The notes under the pieces: model-generated
What the model saw: the letters and a program-made list of their open reading frames with translations, nothing else
Databases searched by the model: none
What the model was told of the DNA's origin: nothing
Translations under genes and position numbers: made by a program
NCBI GenBank assembly: GCA_041736175.1
Contig: JBGSUI010000251.1
Coordinates: 1-10,616 of the forward strand
Reading direction: 5' to 3'
Length of the DNA: 10,616 nucleotides
From: Oligoflexales bacterium
GTDB taxonomy: Bacteria > Bdellovibrionota_B > Oligoflexia > Oligoflexales > CAIYRB01
In this document: positions 6,325-10,616 of the stretch, in pieces
Layout of the letters: every line of letters begins with the position of its first letter
Position numbering within the stretch: the first letter of the stretch is position 1

Positions 6325-7815
6325 TTAGTACAAATCATCATTGGTCAAAATCACAATCCCTTTGTTTTGGCACGATTCGACAAAAGCGGCAGTTGCACCA
6401 CAAGATAAGAGGAGGAATCTAGAGACGGCCCAGTCTTTGTGTGGTTGCGGGTACTTTTTTCTCTCTACCTCAGCGTCGAAGCCGGACTGGCCGTCTGCTT
6501 GACCCGCAATCCACTTACATTCAATGAGTCGACACTCTCTGTCGGAACTGCACTCAACCACAATATCTATTTGCGTCCTCTGGGAGCCCTTTGTTTCCCA
6601 AAAAGAGCCTACTGAATAAGCGGCGTTCGACGCAAGGTGCAGCTTGTTAAATAGGTTAGCCACTCGTAGCTCGGGAGTTCCGATGCCCATGGTGAGAATG
6701 TTGATAACAAGTAGCTCGAATGCTTTTCCGGAAAAACCCGGAATATAAAAACCGGAGTCTGACCCTATAACCTCATGAGGAAAAATAAGACCACGTTGGT
6801 TGCCTTCAATCTTGTCCTTCATCGGCTCCAGGACCTGAAAGAAAAAGTTAAGAAAAAAATCATCCATAAAATATCGAGTATCCAGCTTTTTTCCCATCTG
6901 AGGTCGCGGCTTAACCAGAGTGCTTTCTACTAAACGAGAGATAATTCGACTCACCATCGGCTGTTTGAATCCCGTCTTGACAGATATGGCCGCCTCGGTC
7001 GCTCCGTCTTGACCAAGGGCTCGAAGAAGGGTCTTGACGGTTGCTAGACTCTTGTTAGTATAAGTTTCCATCCGCAGAACCTTATCTGCCTCTCCAAGGA
7101 ACTTGGAGTCCTTAGTAAACACGTACTGATTAACCACACGCATAAAGTTGTCATCCTCGGCAGCGGCCATATCCTCTAAGTAAAATGGAACTCCGCCAAG
7201 CATCATATAAATCAAACTCACCTGTTCCCTGCTCCAACGTGGAAAAAAATAACGCTGGACCTCGTTCGGCGTAAACGGCTTGACCCAAATGTGAGCAAAC
7301 GTGGATAGACCGTACAAAATTGACTCCGCTCCATCTACATGCTCATGAAAGAAGCGAGCAGAAGAGCCTGCAATCATTAATTTTACCCGTCCAGACTGCT
7401 TCCAAGAAAGCCAGTGCTCCTTAAGGCGCCCGCAGAATCCAGCTCCACCTCTAGCGAGCCACTGAATCTCGTCTATCATAAGTAGAGTCGGCTTCTCTTG
7501 ATGTTTCCCTATATGATCCTTGACAGTATTAAAGATGATGTCCCAGTTAAGCTCCCGCGTTCGCATTTTAGACAGGGTTGTTCCTGCGAACTTATCCCAG
7601 TCACGAGCGAACCTGGATTGCGCCTGCCTCGGAGCTTCATCGATTGCCCCCATGAAATAAAAAGCATTGGATAGGGTTGCCGCAAAGTGTGTCAACAAGG
7701 CTGATTTACCTATGCGGCGGCGACCGCGAACAAACGTAAAACCCGGCCCAGGCAGACCCAAAAATCTGTTAATCTGGTCCTTCTCCTGTTCGCGTCCATA
7801 AAGTGCTTTGATCAT
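6325..7815 (-). CDS. AAA-family ATPase (archaeal-ATPase/DUF234-like) with winged helix and C-terminal PD-(D/E)XK-like domain
   Basis: YGREQE N-terminus, Walker A GRRRIGKS, Walker B LLMIDE, AGSS, GGVPFYL, HTH-like segment, GKAFE and QIDIVVE...LIECKW. ATG 7815 is preferred over TTG 7908 because GGAGG lies 9 nt upstream (7825-7829). Confidence 0.9.
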   Translation of the reverse strand: MIKALYGREQEKDQINRFLGLPGPGFTFVRGRRRIGKSALLTHFAATLSNAFYFMGAIDEAPRQAQSRFARDWDKFAGTTLSKMRTRELNWDIIFNTVKDHIGKHQEKPTLLMIDEIQWLARGGAGFCGRLKEHWLSWKQSGRVKLMIAGSSARFFHEHVDGAESILYGLSTFAHIWVKPFTPNEVQRYFFPRWSREQVSLIYMMLGGVPFYLEDMAAAEDDNFMRVVNQYVFTKDSKFLGEADKVLRMETYTNKSLATVKTLLRALGQDGATEAAISVKTGFKQPMVSRIISRLVESTLVKPRPQMGKKLDTRYFMDDFFLNFFFQVLEPMKDKIEGNQRGLIFPHEVIGSDSGFYIPGFSGKAFELLVINILTMGIGTPELRVANLFNKLHLASNAAYSVGSFWETKGSQRTQIDIVVECSSDRECRLIECKWIAGQADGQSGFDAEVERKKYPQPHKDWAVSRFLLLSCGATAAFVESCQNKGIVILTNDDLY

Positions 7816-8212
7816 CTGATGTTTCCTCCACAACATATATTGGAAGGTATCGAACACGAGATTAGTTATATCTCTATCTACACGAATGTAAAGGTATTTT
7901 TTGGACAAAGACTTCTCGCCACTTTTACCAGTTCAATAAAAGATTAAATATCATTATCTTATAGATATAACTAATCATGAGTCACGCAACATGAGTTATA
8001 AGTCTCTCACTTTCCTTCAACCTATTGAAACAATGGGGTTATATTCAGTTCACTGAGATTCGACAAGTGACTCCAGAGCGGCTATCAGTCCCTTTGATCA
8101 GGCCCCTAGATTTGGTAGACTGGGAAGGGTGTCAAGGCGATCCGCCAAAAGGGCGTTAGATTTTTCTTGCTGATGGCGTGGGAACAGAGACTGAAAATCT
8201 TAGGAGTTGGTA

Positions 8213-9064
8213 TTGGAGATAGAAAATAGATCCATTGGACCTATCATAAGAAAGGTTTTTTTACTGCTAGCTTTGTCCATGGGTATCCCGAGTTTACTTC
8301 AGTCTTTTTGGCTAGCCCATTACGGGTTTGATGTGGGCCAAGAAATCATCCTACAACTGGAAAAAACTATGAGTGTGGGGGCCAATCCCCTAGGACAGAT
8401 GCTGTCGTTTTTAGAATCCATGGTCCATGCCAATTTTTTTGGCGGACTGCTGGATTTTGTCCTTACCCTGATCGCCTACTTTGCTTCTTTGCGTCTGTGG
8501 GTCGGCAACCTGCGGGGCCAAAATCCCCAGTCTAACCTCGGTGCATGGGTCCATGCTGCTAAAACCTCAGTTTTCAAAGGAAGCATCCTTTTTTTATGCC
8601 TCGGTCTTTTGTCGGTTTTGCCTCTGCAACCCATAAGCATAATCCTGGGGGCGCTGCTTTTAATGGGTCCCGTTATTATGGTCGTCGAAGCAACAGGCGG
8701 CACTCGGGCCATCGGTCGAGCTTTAGCTTTAAGATATGCCAGGCCACCCGAACAAATGCGACCACAGGTGTTTTCGACTTTAATGAATCTCATCGTGATT
8801 TTTTTAGCGGTGTACGGCATGTTTGGCCTAACCCAAGTGAGCGAAAGAATGATTTTAGAGCTGGACTGGCTACAACCTGCAGTCCACCAGGTCCTCTATC
8901 AGCCTTGGAATTTGTTTGGCGTTACGACTCCATGGTCCTTGGGGTTTTTACTAGCCCATCTCTGTGGCACGCTGTTTCGGGTCATGACGGCGATGTTTAT
9001 GGGGTACTCCACAGTAAGGCTTTATTTTACGATCGTTCAGCGCAGGACCATCGCGATGGTTTGA
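8213..9064 (+). CDS. Polytopic membrane protein of unknown function
   Basis: About six hydrophobic segments. TTG 8213 is chosen because AGGAG (8202-8206) lies 6 nt upstream; TTG 8207 abuts the RBS. Confidence 0.8.
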   Translation: MEIENRSIGPIIRKVFLLLALSMGIPSLLQSFWLAHYGFDVGQEIILQLEKTMSVGANPLGQMLSFLESMVHANFFGGLLDFVLTLIAYFASLRLWVGNLRGQNPQSNLGAWVHAAKTSVFKGSILFLCLGLLSVLPLQPISIILGALLLMGPVIMVVEATGGTRAIGRALALRYARPPEQMRPQVFSTLMNLIVIFLAVYGMFGLTQVSERMILELDWLQPAVHQVLYQPWNLFGVTTPWSLGFLLAHLCGTLFRVMTAMFMGYSTVRLYFTIVQRRTIAMV

Positions 9065-9193
9065 TGGCGCCCCACACCACTCATCACCGGTTCGTGAAAG
9101 CTAATTAAAAAGTATTGAGCAGACCTTAAATTCACGCGCGCTAACTTCTAAGACCTTATAAAATAATTAAATATATTGATAACTTAACCATAA

Positions 9194-9217
9194 ATTTTAA
9201 AGTTATAACTTTAAAAT
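9194..9217. promoter_or_regulatory. Perfect 24-bp palindrome ATTTTAAAGTTATAACTTTAAAAT, candidate operator
   Basis: Sequence equals its own reverse complement and lies ~54 nt upstream of the XRE gene start. Confidence 0.7.
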
Positions 9218-9225
9218 GCCGATGA
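9198..9225 (+). promoter_or_regulatory. Sigma28 (FliA)-like promoter
   Basis: TAAAGTTA (9198-9205), N12, GCCGATGA (9218-9225), versus consensus TAAAGTTT-N11-GCCGATAA. Confidence 0.6.
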
Positions 9226-9270
9226 GTGTGCTAATCTCTATGGATGGGGGGGCGGAGCAGCGAGGGTACC

Positions 9271-9741
9271 ATGGAAATTAAAAAGACAGATAAAGGTTGG
9301 GAGTTTCAGGGTATTGTTTTTTCAGACGAAAAATCAGCACTTGAAACGAAGGCTTTTGAAGAAAGTTCCAGCAGCGAGACGAAAAGCATATTTGCGGGCT
9401 CCGAAGGGGCCAAATTTGTAGTCGAATACAACGAAAAAGAACAGGAAACATTTGGTAAATTTATTGGATTTATTTTAAAAATTCGAAGAATCAGCCTCAG
9501 ACAACTTGCCGTGGAAATGTCGGTAACCGAACAAACCATCTATGCCTGGATGCGAGGCATTTCGATTCCAACTCTTAAGCACCTAGTCAAATTAAAAGGC
9601 ATCGCCAATTGTGATACATCAGATATAATCAATGCTTTGAGTTTTAATTTTGAGAATTCCAAAAAAAAATTAGCCTCTGATCTTGATACGAGATCACAAA
9701 AGAAGTCCCAGACGCAGCCTAAGAAGCAAATCAACTGCTAA
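9271..9741 (+). CDS. XRE-family helix-turn-helix transcriptional regulator with acidic N-terminal extension
   Basis: FGKFIGFILKIRRISLRQLAVEMSVTEQTIYAWMRGISIPTLKHLVKL is an XRE/Cro HTH. ATG 9271 is preceded by GAGGG; alternative ATG at 9244. Confidence 0.85.
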   Translation: MEIKKTDKGWEFQGIVFSDEKSALETKAFEESSSSETKSIFAGSEGAKFVVEYNEKEQETFGKFIGFILKIRRISLRQLAVEMSVTEQTIYAWMRGISIPTLKHLVKLKGIANCDTSDIINALSFNFENSKKKLASDLDTRSQKKSQTQPKKQINC

Positions 9742-9981
9742 AGAAGCGCCCAATCAAGCATGGCGGTGCCGCCCGAGAGTTTAATAGGAGACAAAACTCT
9801 CAACAAAGATCTCAACGACGGACTCCTCATCAAGGAGCGACTCGGGAAAGCGGGGCCTTTATAAGGATGGTCCGAGTAAACATCTCCTGCATGCGGATAT
9901 CAATTCAGCGGGCTAAGTTTGTGAATGCACAGATTTGGTACGATTATAGAAAGCGGTGGAATTCCCATCCTAGATCTTCAA

Positions 9982-10362
9982 CTACTCTTCTTTTTTTCGT
10001 TGAGCCATACGTTCTGATACTAGCATCCGAATGAAGTGCTGATACGGGATATGGAGGCTTCTCGCTTGATCGCGAAGTTCGTCTAGAAGCGGTTTAGGCC
10101 ACTTCATATAAATTCCTTCTAACGGGACAGTTCGTGCCGGTCGGCCACGACGACGGTTGAGCTTTTGGTGCTTTTGGTCGATAGCCTCCTTTAGGCTAGC
10201 GAGGGCTTTAAGATCTTCAGAATCGCTGATTTTTTTCCACTTATCAGCTTGTCCCTGTTCCCGCTGTAAGGCAATTCTTTCGTCAAAAGCCCTATCTTGT
10301 TGTTCACTCATGGCGAGGACGGCTTGCTCTTCCTCGGGGGTCATTTTTTTTGTCCTTGTCAT
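9982..10362 (-). CDS. BrnA/CopG-like ribbon-helix-helix antitoxin
   Basis: RRGRP followed by IYMKWPKPLLDELRDQARSLHIPYQHFIRMLV (RHH with the 'IPYQ' motif). GGAGG RBS at 10374-10378. Directly downstream of a toxin-like gene. Confidence 0.75.
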   Translation of the reverse strand: MTRTKKMTPEEEQAVLAMSEQQDRAFDERIALQREQGQADKWKKISDSEDLKALASLKEAIDQKHQKLNRRRGRPARTVPLEGIYMKWPKPLLDELRDQARSLHIPYQHFIRMLVSERMAQRKKEE

Positions 10363-10387
10363 ATTTAGTTAAACCTCCGGTTAGTGG

Positions 10388-10615
10388 TTAAACGAGCTCA
10401 GAGTCAAAGGCCGTTTTGATCTGGAGTATTTTGGCGTGGCGGAGCGGTACAGCATAGACTTCAAGGAGTCGTTCGTCGCCGCTTTTGGTGAGCACTACTC
10501 CGACAAAACGCCAGGTTTCGGGGGGCACATGCCTGGGGTCAGTCTGCTTGGTTGGTTGGTCGTCGCAATAGATGACCTCTTCCACTTCGAGTTGGGTAAG
10601 GCCGCGGGCTTCTAG
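10388..10615 (-). CDS. BrnT/DUF4258-like toxin, 5' end outside the window
   Basis: Frame stays open to the edge: LEARGLTQLEVEEVIY...DPRH...WRFVG...RLLEVY...IKTAF, matching the BrnT-like pattern (G....E.EEV; D.RH; RLL.V; I.TA). Toxin-first gene order. Confidence 0.7.
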   Translation of the reverse strand, partial: LEARGLTQLEVEEVIYCDDQPTKQTDPRHVPPETWRFVGVVLTKSGDERLLEVYAVPLRHAKILQIKTAFDSELV

Positions 10616-10616
10616 C

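Noticed and set aside
7816..7908. N-terminal extension of the ATPase from TTG 7908
   Set aside because: The family's GRE motif is normally near the N-terminus, and a strong GGAGG precedes ATG 7815.
8476..10372. Overlapping ORFs 8476-8820, 8596-9108, 9306-9539, 9540-9734 and 10157-10372 (likewise 4047-4238, 4129-4368, 5494-5784)
   Set aside because: They lie within or almost wholly overlap better-supported genes and have no independent coding evidence.

Overview
Bacterial accessory region; fibre-protein motifs and a FliA-like promoter tentatively suggest Bdellovibrionota/Oligoflexia. Left part: a long, internally repeated tail-fibre-like adhesin gene that appears 5'-truncated near position 140. 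It ends in a C-type-lectin-fold domain whose last ~40 codons look like a diversity-generating retroelement (DGR) variable region. A (GAAACTT)3/T-tract and a convergent Avd-like four-helix-bundle gene follow, but I found no template repeat or reverse transcriptase in the window. Middle: a three-gene cassette with zero-nt gaps (TIGR04255-like protein, unknown protein, soluble ComEC/Rec2-type MBL hydrolase), a candidate undescribed defence or conflict module, facing an AAA ATPase with a PD-(D/E)XK-like C-terminus. Right: a membrane protein, an XRE regulator behind a perfect 24-bp palindrome overlapping a sigma28-like promoter, and a BrnT/BrnA-like toxin-antitoxin pair cut by the window edge. All family assignments come from motif recognition by eye, not database searches.
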